From Candidatus Cloacimonadales bacterium (GTDB lineage Bacteria > Cloacimonadota > Cloacimonadia > Cloacimonadales > JAFGVF01): a DNA stretch of 64,000 nucleotides. Positions 39,065-48,155 of the stretch are shown here, piece after piece (the stretch's first letter is position 1; every line of letters starts with the position of its first letter). Made by a program: the position numbers and the translations under genes. Below the pieces are notes generated by a model. That model did no database searches and was not told the origin of the DNA. It saw nothing but the letters and a program-made list of their open reading frames with translations. The stretch is from NCBI GenBank assembly GCA_963678315.1, contig OY782781.1, forward strand, positions 2,528,001 through 2,592,000, in the 5' to 3' direction.

Positions 39065-39412
39065 CTAAATCGAACAACTTCTTAAATCTTTATTATACAA
39101 TAACCCAGCTGACTTGTACATTGTCATCTTTGTTGTAATAAGAGGTAGTTCTCTTTCTATAGCCATATCTATTAGATCTTGTGGTGGTCTCTTTCCTCTA
39201 ACAAATATAACACCAAGTAAATCAATCATATCAGATAATCTAATTACTTGAGGATTAGTAAGTCCTGTTAAAAGCAATGTTGATTCTTTTGTGCACATCA
39301 AAATATCTGAAATCAAATCAGAACCAAATGCACATGGAATTTCTGCTTCTAGATCAGCATTAGGAGTTAACAATTCTCCTTCCAGTAATTCAAGAATTTC
39401 TTTTAGTTTCAT
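39065..39412 (-). CDS. DRTGG domain protein
   Basis: FGSDLISDIL, LLLTGLTNPQVIR, IFVRGK. Confidence 0.88.
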   Translation of the reverse strand: MKLKEILELLEGELLTPNADLEAEIPCAFGSDLISDILMCTKESTLLLTGLTNPQVIRLSDMIDLLGVIFVRGKRPPQDLIDMAIERELPLITTKMTMYKSAGLLYNKDLRSCSI

Positions 39413-39552
39413 CCGTCTTCCCTTTTTTATTTGTATTTTTTCCTAAAATTATAAATCAATTATTCATAGTCAAGAATTATCTTCTATAATTGTTGAACAA
39501 ATCTATTATCTAATTAAAATCAGTCCCAAGATTTAAATCATCGTCTCTGAAG

Positions 39553-39736
39553 AGATATGCCCCTTTAGGAAAATCCTCTTGAGACGTTTTTCCAACCGTC
39601 TCTACAAATTCAAATTCACTTATAACTACGTTCTAAGTGACGCCAGTACGGAGTCTGGCGATCCCTCCTAACTCCTAACTCCTAACTTAAGTGCCTCCTT
39701 GAAAAATCGACTTTTTTTCAAGGAGGCAAGTAAGGG
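39553..39736. repeat. Mosaic of REP-like modules (GTAG palindrome, shared hairpin block, CTCCTAA x3, family B)
   Basis: 39581-39646 matches 24018-24077; CTCCTAA x3 at 39665-39685; GCCTCCTTGAAAAA..TTTTTCAAGGAGGC-AAGTAAGG. Confidence 0.85.
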
Positions 39737-39949
39737 AGCAGGCTAGTTAACATTAATTCTCATAAAATTGAGAAAGAAGAATGTCCGTATTTACTTTATA
39801 ATAGCCCTAGTAAAGGAATCTTGATTATAAACTCACTATCTTATTAAGTATCAGAAACTAACAATATTAACATTAATAATTTTGTTGCATTTTTCTTCTT
39901 AAAAATATAGTAAGTCAAGTACTTATATACAATTTATGTAAGAATTTAA

Positions 39950-39977
39950 TTGACAGATAACTAACTAATTATATAAT
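39950..39977 (+). promoter_or_regulatory. Consensus sigma70 promoter for the amidohydrolase-tldE-tldD operon
   Basis: TTGACA-16 nt-TATAAT. Confidence 0.7.
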
Positions 39978-40038
39978 GCAATAAAAGAAATTAACATAAT
40001 ATTAATAAATTTATAACGTAATTTAATCTATTAAAGGA

Positions 40039-41331
40039 TTGAAAATGATACTATTTAAAAATGCAACCATTTCTTCTGGAATTACTAAAGAGAGAAAGGT
40101 TGATATTTTATTTGATGAAACAATAATTGATTTACGTGAAGATTCAATTACCCCCCCAGCTAACACAAACGTTATTGACCTAGACGGTAAATATGTTTTA
40201 CCTGGATGTATCGATATACATACTCATTTCCGAACAGATTCGGAAGATTGGAAAAGCCACTTTTACAATGCTTCAAAAGCAGCTGTAGCAGGTGGAATAA
40301 CTTATTTAGCAGATTCTTCTTGTCATACAGAAGAGCCTTTAACAGAAAGTTTTAACTTTTCAGATATAGCAGATGAATATAAAGGTAATTCTCTCTGTGA
40401 TTATGGTATTTGGGGATTTATCAACAGTGATGATTATTCTACCTACAATGAAGAAATACAAGAATTGTCTAAATCTGGTGTAGTTGGGATAGAATTCTAT
40501 TTATATAATAAGAATTTTAGTCCATCCCCCTTAGACTTTGATGAGATATTAGAATTGTTCACTGATTTTTCGAACTCTCAGATTTTATTCGGTGTCTTTC
40601 CAATGACTTATTTAGGAGATACAAAAGCTGATAATATTTCAGAATTACAATTTGATATGGTGAAGAAACTATTCAGAAGGTCACAAGAAAGTGAAATTCA
40701 TTTATTTAATATTGTTTCACCTAAGATTGTAGAATTCATTATGAGTTCTACTAAGAAATATCATAGCACTTATGATATTAACCCCCATATTTTTTTAGAG
40801 AATGAAAATTCAATATTTATTCCGGGTAAGCAAACTTACCAAGATAAGTCTAATAATTTTAAGACATTAATTCAAACAGGTAAAGTACCATCAATATCTA
40901 CGAATAGTGGCTATGTAAATTTAGATTTAAACTATACTCAACATGATTTAAATGATATTGTTAATTATTCGGATTTACAGTACATGATACCATTCATGTT
41001 CTCTGAATTCTATTTAAATAAAAAACTTACTTTAGGAAATCTTGAAAGAATGCTTTCAGGAAGCCCTGCTAAAATTCTTGGAATCGATAGTCTAAAAGGA
41101 AATTTCAATAAAGACTCACATGCAGACTTTATTGTTCTTGATCCTCATAAAAAAAGCACTGTTGAAGATAATCAATCTTCATTCTTTGCTAAGGAGATTA
41201 ATTGCAGTGTAATGCAGACATATATTAGAGGTGAGAAAGTTTACGATTCAATAAACGGTATACTTGATAGTAGGGATTTTGGAAAACTTGTTAAAAGAGA
41301 TTTCCAAGCTACAACGTTAAATTACTATTAA
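40039..41331 (+). CDS. Dihydroorotase/allantoinase-like amidohydrolase, degenerate active site
   Basis: GKYVLPGCIDIHTH, AAVAGGIT, PAKILG..KG, ADFIVLD; later metal ligands not recognisable. Confidence 0.8.
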   Translation: MKMILFKNATISSGITKERKVDILFDETIIDLREDSITPPANTNVIDLDGKYVLPGCIDIHTHFRTDSEDWKSHFYNASKAAVAGGITYLADSSCHTEEPLTESFNFSDIADEYKGNSLCDYGIWGFINSDDYSTYNEEIQELSKSGVVGIEFYLYNKNFSPSPLDFDEILELFTDFSNSQILFGVFPMTYLGDTKADNISELQFDMVKKLFRRSQESEIHLFNIVSPKIVEFIMSSTKKYHSTYDINPHIFLENENSIFIPGKQTYQDKSNNFKTLIQTGKVPSISTNSGYVNLDLNYTQHDLNDIVNYSDLQYMIPFMFSEFYLNKKLTLGNLERMLSGSPAKILGIDSLKGNFNKDSHADFIVLDPHKKSTVEDNQSSFFAKEINCSVMQTYIRGEKVYDSINGILDSRDFGKLVKRDFQATTLNYY

Positions 41332-42674
41332 TGGAGGAATATATGCATCAACAATTGAAAGATTATTTGAAAAAAGTTATTAATGATAACAAGTCTTATA
41401 AGTATGTTTTCACACATGGTGAATGGAAAACAGACTTCCTAAGATTTTTCCAGAGCCAGGTAAACTACAATATTTCAAAAGAAAGTGAATATCTTGATAT
41501 TAATATATATAAGGGTAAAAAATCATATAATTTAACAATTTCTAATCCTACTGAATCTAAAGTAGCTCAAAAACTTGAAGAAGCTTACCTATTTATAGAT
41601 AAGTTACCAGAAGATCCTGATTTTGTCGATATTGAAAAGGATACCAGTAAAACAGATGAAATTGCTAAAACAAATAACATAAAACACCTAGATTTAAGCA
41701 AGAAGATTGATATTTTAAAGAAATTTTCTGATATAGCAGAGAAACATGACTTCCAAATTTATGGTACATTTATTTGCAATTATGATGTTACAACTGTTAT
41801 CAATAGTAATGATCTTGAAAAAGTGAGCTATAACTCACCGATTATGTTAGAATTGAAGGCAGTTGCCAAAAGCAATATGGTAACTGTACTTGAGTCATTA
41901 GGTGGAGAGAACTTTGACAATCTTGATTTTGATGCTGCTTTAGCAAGTTTTGAACGTAAGATTAATGCAGCAAGAGCTCAAGTAATTGACGTTGAACCTG
42001 GACATTACGAAGTAATACTAGCTCCAAGATGTATTGGCGAGTACTTATCCTATTTAGGCTCTTCAATTAGTGCTGCTTCAATAGATAGAAAATCTTCATT
42101 CTTTGAAGGTAAAGAAGGTAAAAAAGTTTTTCCTGAAAATGTTACAGTATATGATGATCCTCATAATAAAGACTTAGTAAACTTTGACTACAATGGAGAT
42201 GGCCATAAAATAGATAAGTTAACAGTCATTGAAAAGGGTGTTTTCAAAAACTTCTTTGTAAACAACTATTGGGGTAATAAGACTGGTTTGGAAATAAATG
42301 GTAATCAAGGTTCATGCTTAGTTATGGAAACAGGAGATAAATCACTAGAAGAAATGATTTCAACTGTTAAAAAAGGTATCTTTGTATCAAGCCTGCACTA
42401 TATGAACTTCATTAATGTAAAAGAGACTTCTCTAACAGGTTTAACCAGAGATGGAACATTCTTAATTGAAGATGGTAAAATTACAAAAGTAATCAATAAT
42501 CTAAGATTTACTGAAAAAATAAGCTCAGTTATTGAAAACATTACTGAAATTGAGAATAATAGCTATCCAATACCATTCTCTTCTAACTATGGTTCTTTCG
42601 GTATCTACTCAAGTAAAATGCCACATGTCAAAGTTAGTAAATTCCATATCACATCTTCAACAAAAACCATTTAG
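41331..42674 (+). CDS. TldE/PmbA-type subunit of TldD/PmbA family
   Basis: EPGHYEVILAP, TGLTRDGTFLIEDGKI, NLRF; lacks HExxxH. Confidence 0.88.
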   Translation: MEEYMHQQLKDYLKKVINDNKSYKYVFTHGEWKTDFLRFFQSQVNYNISKESEYLDINIYKGKKSYNLTISNPTESKVAQKLEEAYLFIDKLPEDPDFVDIEKDTSKTDEIAKTNNIKHLDLSKKIDILKKFSDIAEKHDFQIYGTFICNYDVTTVINSNDLEKVSYNSPIMLELKAVAKSNMVTVLESLGGENFDNLDFDAALASFERKINAARAQVIDVEPGHYEVILAPRCIGEYLSYLGSSISAASIDRKSSFFEGKEGKKVFPENVTVYDDPHNKDLVNFDYNGDGHKIDKLTVIEKGVFKNFFVNNYWGNKTGLEINGNQGSCLVMETGDKSLEEMISTVKKGIFVSSLHYMNFINVKETSLTGLTRDGTFLIEDGKITKVINNLRFTEKISSVIENITEIENNSYPIPFSSNYGSFGIYSSKMPHVKVSKFHITSSTKTI

Positions 42675-42679
42675 GAGGC

Positions 42680-44125
42680 ATGATGAAAAAACTAGTTTAT
42701 GATATAATTCAAAAATTGCATAAAAGAGAAATACAATTTGGAGATGTTAGATTTACTTCATCTGACTCTCAATCAATATACTTTGTAAGAAAAGATTTGA
42801 AACACATTTCTAAATCAACTGATGCAGAAGCTTTAGGTATTAGGGTGTTAGTTGATGGATGTTGGGGCTTTGCTGGAACTGACGTTTTAGATCATAGTAA
42901 GATAGATTCATTAATTACTCTTGCTATCTCTAATGCTAAACATAGTGCAAAGTTCAGACATACACCTGTTAGCTTCAAAGCAATTAAACCTACTACAGGC
43001 TCTTATATCTTCACTCCAAAAGAAGATCCTTTTGCAATGGAAGATGAAGAAAAAATAGCTTTCTTTAAGAATATTGCTGATAAATTGAATACAAATGTGA
43101 AAATAGTTCAATCAACAGTTGCTGCTGATTTCTACAGACAATACAAAATCTATGCTAACACAGAAGGTACTTTCGTTGATTCTTTAGTTTACGACACTAT
43201 GCCTTCAATGTCGGTTGTAGCCGTAGATGATAAAGGTATGCAAATGAGAACTTGGCCAGGACACATGAGTACACGTAGAGGTGGCTTTGAGGTTGTCAGA
43301 GAGGCTAAGTTAGAAGAAAATATAGATAGAATAGTTAAAGAAGTTATAGACCTTCTTGATGCTCCAACAATTGAAGAAGAAAAAGCTGATTTAATCATCG
43401 GTGGAGGACATTTAGCACTTCAATTACATGAGAGTGTTGGTCATGCTACTGAAGCTGATAGAATATATGGTATGGAAATTTCTTATGCAGGAAAAACATT
43501 CATAAAACCATCAATGCTTGGTAACTTCAAATATGGTTCAGATGTTGTTAATATTTATAGCGACAGTACCGATCCAAGAGGTATTGGCTATCACTTAGTT
43601 GATGATGAAGGTGTTCCAGGAAGAAGAGTTGATATTATCAAGAATGGTATTCTAATGGACCAGCAAACTTCAAGAGAAATTGCTCCACAACTGGGAGTTG
43701 AAGCATCTTCAAACATGATGGCTTCTTTTGCAGATGATTTCCCATTAGTTAGAATGACTAACTTCTGTCTAGCACCAGGTAATGCTGGAAGCTTAGAAGA
43801 TTTAATCAAAAATACTGAAAAAGGTTATTTAGTTGACTTCACAAAAACTTGGTCTATTGACGATAACCGTAACAACTTCCAATTCACTACAGAAATCGGT
43901 TACAAGATAGTAGACGGCGAAATAGTTGGAATAGTTAAAGAACCAACATATTTTGGTATTACACCTGAATTCTGGGCATCATGTGATGCTGTATGTTCAG
44001 AATCTGAATGGAACTTCCACGGTACTTCATACTGTGGTAAGGGTGAGCCTGGTCAAGCTATGCACTTATCTCATGGTGTAGCCCCAGCAAGATTCAAAAA
44101 TATTGTATGTAATGTAAAAGCTTAG
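42680..44125 (+). CDS. tldD: TldD family metalloprotease
   Basis: GIRVLVDGCWGFA, HESVGHATE, DDEG, RMTN, CGKG. Confidence 0.9.
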   Translation: MMKKLVYDIIQKLHKREIQFGDVRFTSSDSQSIYFVRKDLKHISKSTDAEALGIRVLVDGCWGFAGTDVLDHSKIDSLITLAISNAKHSAKFRHTPVSFKAIKPTTGSYIFTPKEDPFAMEDEEKIAFFKNIADKLNTNVKIVQSTVAADFYRQYKIYANTEGTFVDSLVYDTMPSMSVVAVDDKGMQMRTWPGHMSTRRGGFEVVREAKLEENIDRIVKEVIDLLDAPTIEEEKADLIIGGGHLALQLHESVGHATEADRIYGMEISYAGKTFIKPSMLGNFKYGSDVVNIYSDSTDPRGIGYHLVDDEGVPGRRVDIIKNGILMDQQTSREIAPQLGVEASSNMMASFADDFPLVRMTNFCLAPGNAGSLEDLIKNTEKGYLVDFTKTWSIDDNRNNFQFTTEIGYKIVDGEIVGIVKEPTYFGITPEFWASCDAVCSESEWNFHGTSYCGKGEPGQAMHLSHGVAPARFKNIVCNVKA

Positions 44126-44138
44126 TTTAATTATAAAC

Positions 44139-44175
44139 AAAAAGAAAGGCAGGAAATTAAGAATCCTGCCTTTTT
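44139..44175. terminator. Bidirectional terminator
   Basis: AAAGGCAGGA-N9-TCCTGCCTTT flanked by A and T runs between convergent genes. Confidence 0.8.
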
Positions 44176-44196
44176 CTATATCATTATATTAAGAAT

Positions 44197-45147
44197 TTAC
44201 TTTAGTTTCTTGTTTAACTTTTCAAGCATATCAACTGTCATAGTTTCTAGATTATAAGTAGGATTCCAATTCCATTCTGCTCTTGCAGCACTATCATCCA
44301 TACTGTTAGGCCAAGATTCAGCAATAGCTTGTTTCATTGGATCTACATTATATGTTAATGTGAAATCAGGAATATGTTTCTTAATTTCTGAAGCGATGAT
44401 TTCTGGATCAAAACTCATTGAAGCAACATTGAAACAGTTTCTATGAATAAGTTTTGCAGGATCTGCTTCCATAACATCAACAGCAGCCTTTAAAGCATCT
44501 GCCATATACATCATATCAAGATATGTTCCTGCTGCAAGGTTTGAAGAATAAGTTTTGTTTTTAATAGCATCATAATAGATTTCCACAGCGTAGTCAGTTG
44601 TTCCACCACCTGGTAAAGTAACATAAGAAATAATTCCAGGGTATCTAACACCTCTAGTATCTACACCAAATCTTTTATAATAGTAATCACAAAGTATTTC
44701 ACCTGCTACTTTAGATACACCATAAATTGTTTTAGGACGCATGATAGTATCTTGAGGAGTGTTATCAAGTGGAGTTTCAGGTCCAAAGGCACCGATTGAA
44801 CTAGGAGTAAAAACTGCAATATTCTTTTCACGAGCTATTTCCAAACAGTTGAAAAGAACACCCATATTTAAATCCCAACCAAACTTAGGGTCTGCTTCTG
44901 CTTTAGCAGATAGCATTGCTACTAGATTATAAATTGTATCAATCTTGTATTTTTCAACAATCTCATTCATTTTATTGCCATCTAGAGCGCTAAATTTAAC
45001 AAATGGACCAGCTTCTAATAATTCTTTACAGCAATTATCATGAACATCAGATGCAACAACATTGTCAGTTCCATATATGCTTCTAAGATATGGTACTAAT
45101 TCAGAACCTATTTGTCCAGCTGCACCAATAACAAGGATATTCTTCAT
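44197..45147 (-). CDS. SDR-type L-threonine 3-dehydrogenase
   Basis: GAAGQIG, PSSIGAFG, YGVSK, PGGGTTDYAV, SWP. Confidence 0.88.
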   Translation of the reverse strand: MKNILVIGAAGQIGSELVPYLRSIYGTDNVVASDVHDNCCKELLEAGPFVKFSALDGNKMNEIVEKYKIDTIYNLVAMLSAKAEADPKFGWDLNMGVLFNCLEIAREKNIAVFTPSSIGAFGPETPLDNTPQDTIMRPKTIYGVSKVAGEILCDYYYKRFGVDTRGVRYPGIISYVTLPGGGTTDYAVEIYYDAIKNKTYSSNLAAGTYLDMMYMADALKAAVDVMEADPAKLIHRNCFNVASMSFDPEIIASEIKKHIPDFTLTYNVDPMKQAIAESWPNSMDDSAARAEWNWNPTYNLETMTVDMLEKLNKKLK

Positions 45148-45206
45148 ATCATACTCCGTATTATTTATTTTTATAATGTAAATTTAAATAGCTATATTTT
45201 GTCAAT

Positions 45207-45233
45207 AAAAAAAGACTGCCTTTCAGCAGTCTT
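45207..45233 (-). terminator. Intrinsic terminator
   Basis: AAGACTGC-N6-GCAGTCTT plus T-run on minus strand. Confidence 0.7.
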
Positions 45234-45251
45234 AAAAAAGATTGTAATTCT

Positions 45252-45605
45252 TTATTTTAATATTAGTGTTTTACGTTTAGTTACGAATCGTTTATGTTCT
45301 TTTACTTGTACAATGTAGTTGCCTGAACGAACTCTGTTTCCGTCACTTCCAACTCTATCCCATGTAAAAGAGTAATCTCCACTTTGTAAAAAGTCAGATA
45401 CTAGTGTTACCACAACGTTATTATTTGAGTCTAATATTTCAAGAGTTACATAGCAAGCACGTTCAATATCAAAACTGATATTAGTTGATTCTTTCATCGG
45501 ATTAGGACAAATATTTATATCAGAATCTTCTTTTACTATTTGCTCTTTACCCATAAGGGTTAAACTTAAAACTAATAATAATAATACAAATAATATTTTT
45601 TTCAT
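45252..45605 (-). CDS. Small secreted protein consisting only of a FlgD-Ig/T9SS-type C-terminal domain
   Basis: Signal peptide then CPNPMKESTNISF...WD....G.RV.SGNY...KTLILK. Confidence 0.8.
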   Translation of the reverse strand: MKKILFVLLLLVLSLTLMGKEQIVKEDSDINICPNPMKESTNISFDIERACYVTLEILDSNNNVVVTLVSDFLQSGDYSFTWDRVGSDGNRVRSGNYIVQVKEHKRFVTKRKTLILK

Positions 45606-45658
45606 AATTCCTCCACTGAATATTAATATGCAATATATATTCCTAAAAAAGGGAATAA

Positions 45659-48142
45659 TTATTTAGTTGCTATATCAATTTTATCTTTGGCATCTAAGGC
45701 TAATGCATAATACTCTTTCATATGTGCAAATGGATGAGTGTTAAAGCCAGAATATTCTTTGTTTACATGCTCTTCAATAGAATTATAAATATCAATAATC
45801 TTATTAAAATTATTTAAAGCACTTTCGTAATTTTCATTCTGGTAATCTGCCATACCTGTTTGATAAAAATCTGAACAGTAGAAAGATATCAATCTAGAAG
45901 TAGTGTAATCTTTATAAACATCATCAGATCTTGTAGCGTTAACTACGTATACATTATTAACATTATTTCTTGTCTTTGTAATATTGATTACAGCTGAATT
46001 ATTACTCATTCTATCATACTTAAGCTTAAACACCATTCCATGTTTTTCTAGATAAGGATCTAAGCCAAAATACTGACCACCTACAGTTGAGGCGAAATAG
46101 ATTGGTCTTTTACCAAGATTATCACGAATAATTTGAATTGCAGCCTTATCTTGACCTCTCCAATAACCCATAGGCAAGTGATTAACTAGAAGTTCTCCCT
46201 TTGGAGTAGTTTTAAAAACTGTATGGTTAAATCTCTCTCCAGTAGGAAGCATTGTTTTGATTGAATTAGTAGCAAGAGAAGTTTCGTCAGCTCTCACAGG
46301 AGTAACAAGTTCTTCGATTTGGTTATCTGCTAAAGTAAAGTTGATACCTTCCCTATCTCGGAGTTGTCTCACATACCAAGCAGTATTAAGCAATGAGTAG
46401 TTAGCTATTGTCACATCTGTTCTGATACCTTTACATTGAGAATTTTTAAATCTAACAGCTTCATCAATTTTAACTTGTAATAGACTGTCTACATAAACAG
46501 TTGGATCTGATTCAATGAAACTTGGTGAGTTATTAATGATGTATGGGTCTTTCACAGCTTGAGCATACCATAATGGGAATGTATCATTATCTCCATTAGT
46601 AAAGATGATTGCATCCTTTTCCAAAGAGTTTAAGAAATTCATACCATACTCTGCAGCAATATAATCTTTTGATCGATCATGTTGATGATATTGAGTAATT
46701 AGAGTTATTGTAGGAGCTATTAATGCTAACACTGTTACAGCCCAAAATAATTTCTTAGAGTTAAAAATATTCTTTAAGAAATAAACTAAACCTATCCCCA
46801 TCCAGATTGTCCACAAATTATAAGCAGTAACAAAGAAATAATCTCTAGGTCTTGGAGTTTCTGCAGGTATGTTCATTACAAAGACCATTGCAATTGAACC
46901 CATAAAGAATAAAGAGAATAAGTATGTAAAAGCATGTTTATTCTTTCTTAAATTAACAATAATTCCGTATATACCAGCAATCCAAGTAACTAAAGCAGAT
47001 AGGACAAGTAAAGCCATTCTTACTATAGAACTTGAGCTGTATTTTATATTGAAGAACTGTTCATCAAAATAACTTAAGAAGTGTTTACCCATTTGAACAG
47101 TTATAAAATTACCATTTCTATCTGCGATATTAGTACCACCAAATTGTTCACGATTAAAGTATCTCCAGAAGCTATCCCATGTTTGAGGATCACCTTCATT
47201 GATAAAAGGTCTGAATGAAGCTCTGATAGGGATATATAAATGTGAAGAGAACCCAATAATGATAGCAAATAGAGCTAATATCCAAGCTGTTTTTGAGACT
47301 TTATCTCTAAGGAACCACATCAAAACTGCAGCACAAGCTACTGCGAAGATTGGTTGTGAAAATTGTTCATTTTGCTTGTTAACTATTACGTAAAAAGCAA
47401 TTAAACCAGCAATTATTGAACTAGTTTTAACCCAAAACTCATTTGTTTTAAAATAAGGTTGAATCATAGGATAAACTGCAATCAACAATACTGCAGGCAC
47501 AATTTGTAGAACAGTTTGATGGAATCCAAACCCTAAAAAGAATAGATATATTATAAGTAAAAAATACTTCTGATGAGATAAATCTTCTGATTTTTGGACC
47601 CATATTAATAGTAGATATATGATGAAGTTAATAAAGAAGGCTAGTCCAGAATAAACTTCAGCTTCAATACTATTGGTCCAGAAGGTGTATGAAAAAGCAG
47701 TAAATAAAGATGCAACAATGCTTATTAATACAGCAACATTAGCTTTCTTTTCAAACATACTAACTAATTTCATAGACATCAGATAGGTAAACATTACTGC
47801 TAATGCTCCCAAAAGAGAAGAATAGAAACTAGCTATTTGAGGTTCAGACATTCCTAAACCAAGTAAGTTAAGAAATCTACCCACAATAACATAAATAGGG
47901 TTACCAGGTGCATGAAGCACTGAAAAGTTGCTAATTGTTGTTGCATATTCACCTGCATCCCAAAATGAGAGTGAAGGTGCATTTGTTAATTGATAGATAA
48001 TAAGTGTAAATATAAAAACTACAAAAGCAATTATACCATTACTCTTAGGAGCAATAATTTGCTGAGGTTTCATAGTTTTAATGTCATTTACTAAAGTTTT
48101 GGGAACTTTAAACCCTGCCTTTGTTTTGATATCTTTTTTCAT
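45659..48142 (-). CDS. DUF2723 / TMEM260-like GT-C membrane glycosyltransferase
   Basis: SFWDAGEY, HAPGNP, EAEVY, RDYFF, FTNGDNDTFPLWY; many TMs; TPR-like C-terminus. Confidence 0.88.
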   Translation of the reverse strand: MKKDIKTKAGFKVPKTLVNDIKTMKPQQIIAPKSNGIIAFVVFIFTLIIYQLTNAPSLSFWDAGEYATTISNFSVLHAPGNPIYVIVGRFLNLLGLGMSEPQIASFYSSLLGALAVMFTYLMSMKLVSMFEKKANVAVLISIVASLFTAFSYTFWTNSIEAEVYSGLAFFINFIIYLLLIWVQKSEDLSHQKYFLLIIYLFFLGFGFHQTVLQIVPAVLLIAVYPMIQPYFKTNEFWVKTSSIIAGLIAFYVIVNKQNEQFSQPIFAVACAAVLMWFLRDKVSKTAWILALFAIIIGFSSHLYIPIRASFRPFINEGDPQTWDSFWRYFNREQFGGTNIADRNGNFITVQMGKHFLSYFDEQFFNIKYSSSSIVRMALLVLSALVTWIAGIYGIIVNLRKNKHAFTYLFSLFFMGSIAMVFVMNIPAETPRPRDYFFVTAYNLWTIWMGIGLVYFLKNIFNSKKLFWAVTVLALIAPTITLITQYHQHDRSKDYIAAEYGMNFLNSLEKDAIIFTNGDNDTFPLWYAQAVKDPYIINNSPSFIESDPTVYVDSLLQVKIDEAVRFKNSQCKGIRTDVTIANYSLLNTAWYVRQLRDREGINFTLADNQIEELVTPVRADETSLATNSIKTMLPTGERFNHTVFKTTPKGELLVNHLPMGYWRGQDKAAIQIIRDNLGKRPIYFASTVGGQYFGLDPYLEKHGMVFKLKYDRMSNNSAVINITKTRNNVNNVYVVNATRSDDVYKDYTTSRLISFYCSDFYQTGMADYQNENYESALNNFNKIIDIYNSIEEHVNKEYSGFNTHPFAHMKEYYALALDAKDKIDIATK

Positions 48143-48155
48143 ACAAACTCCAATA

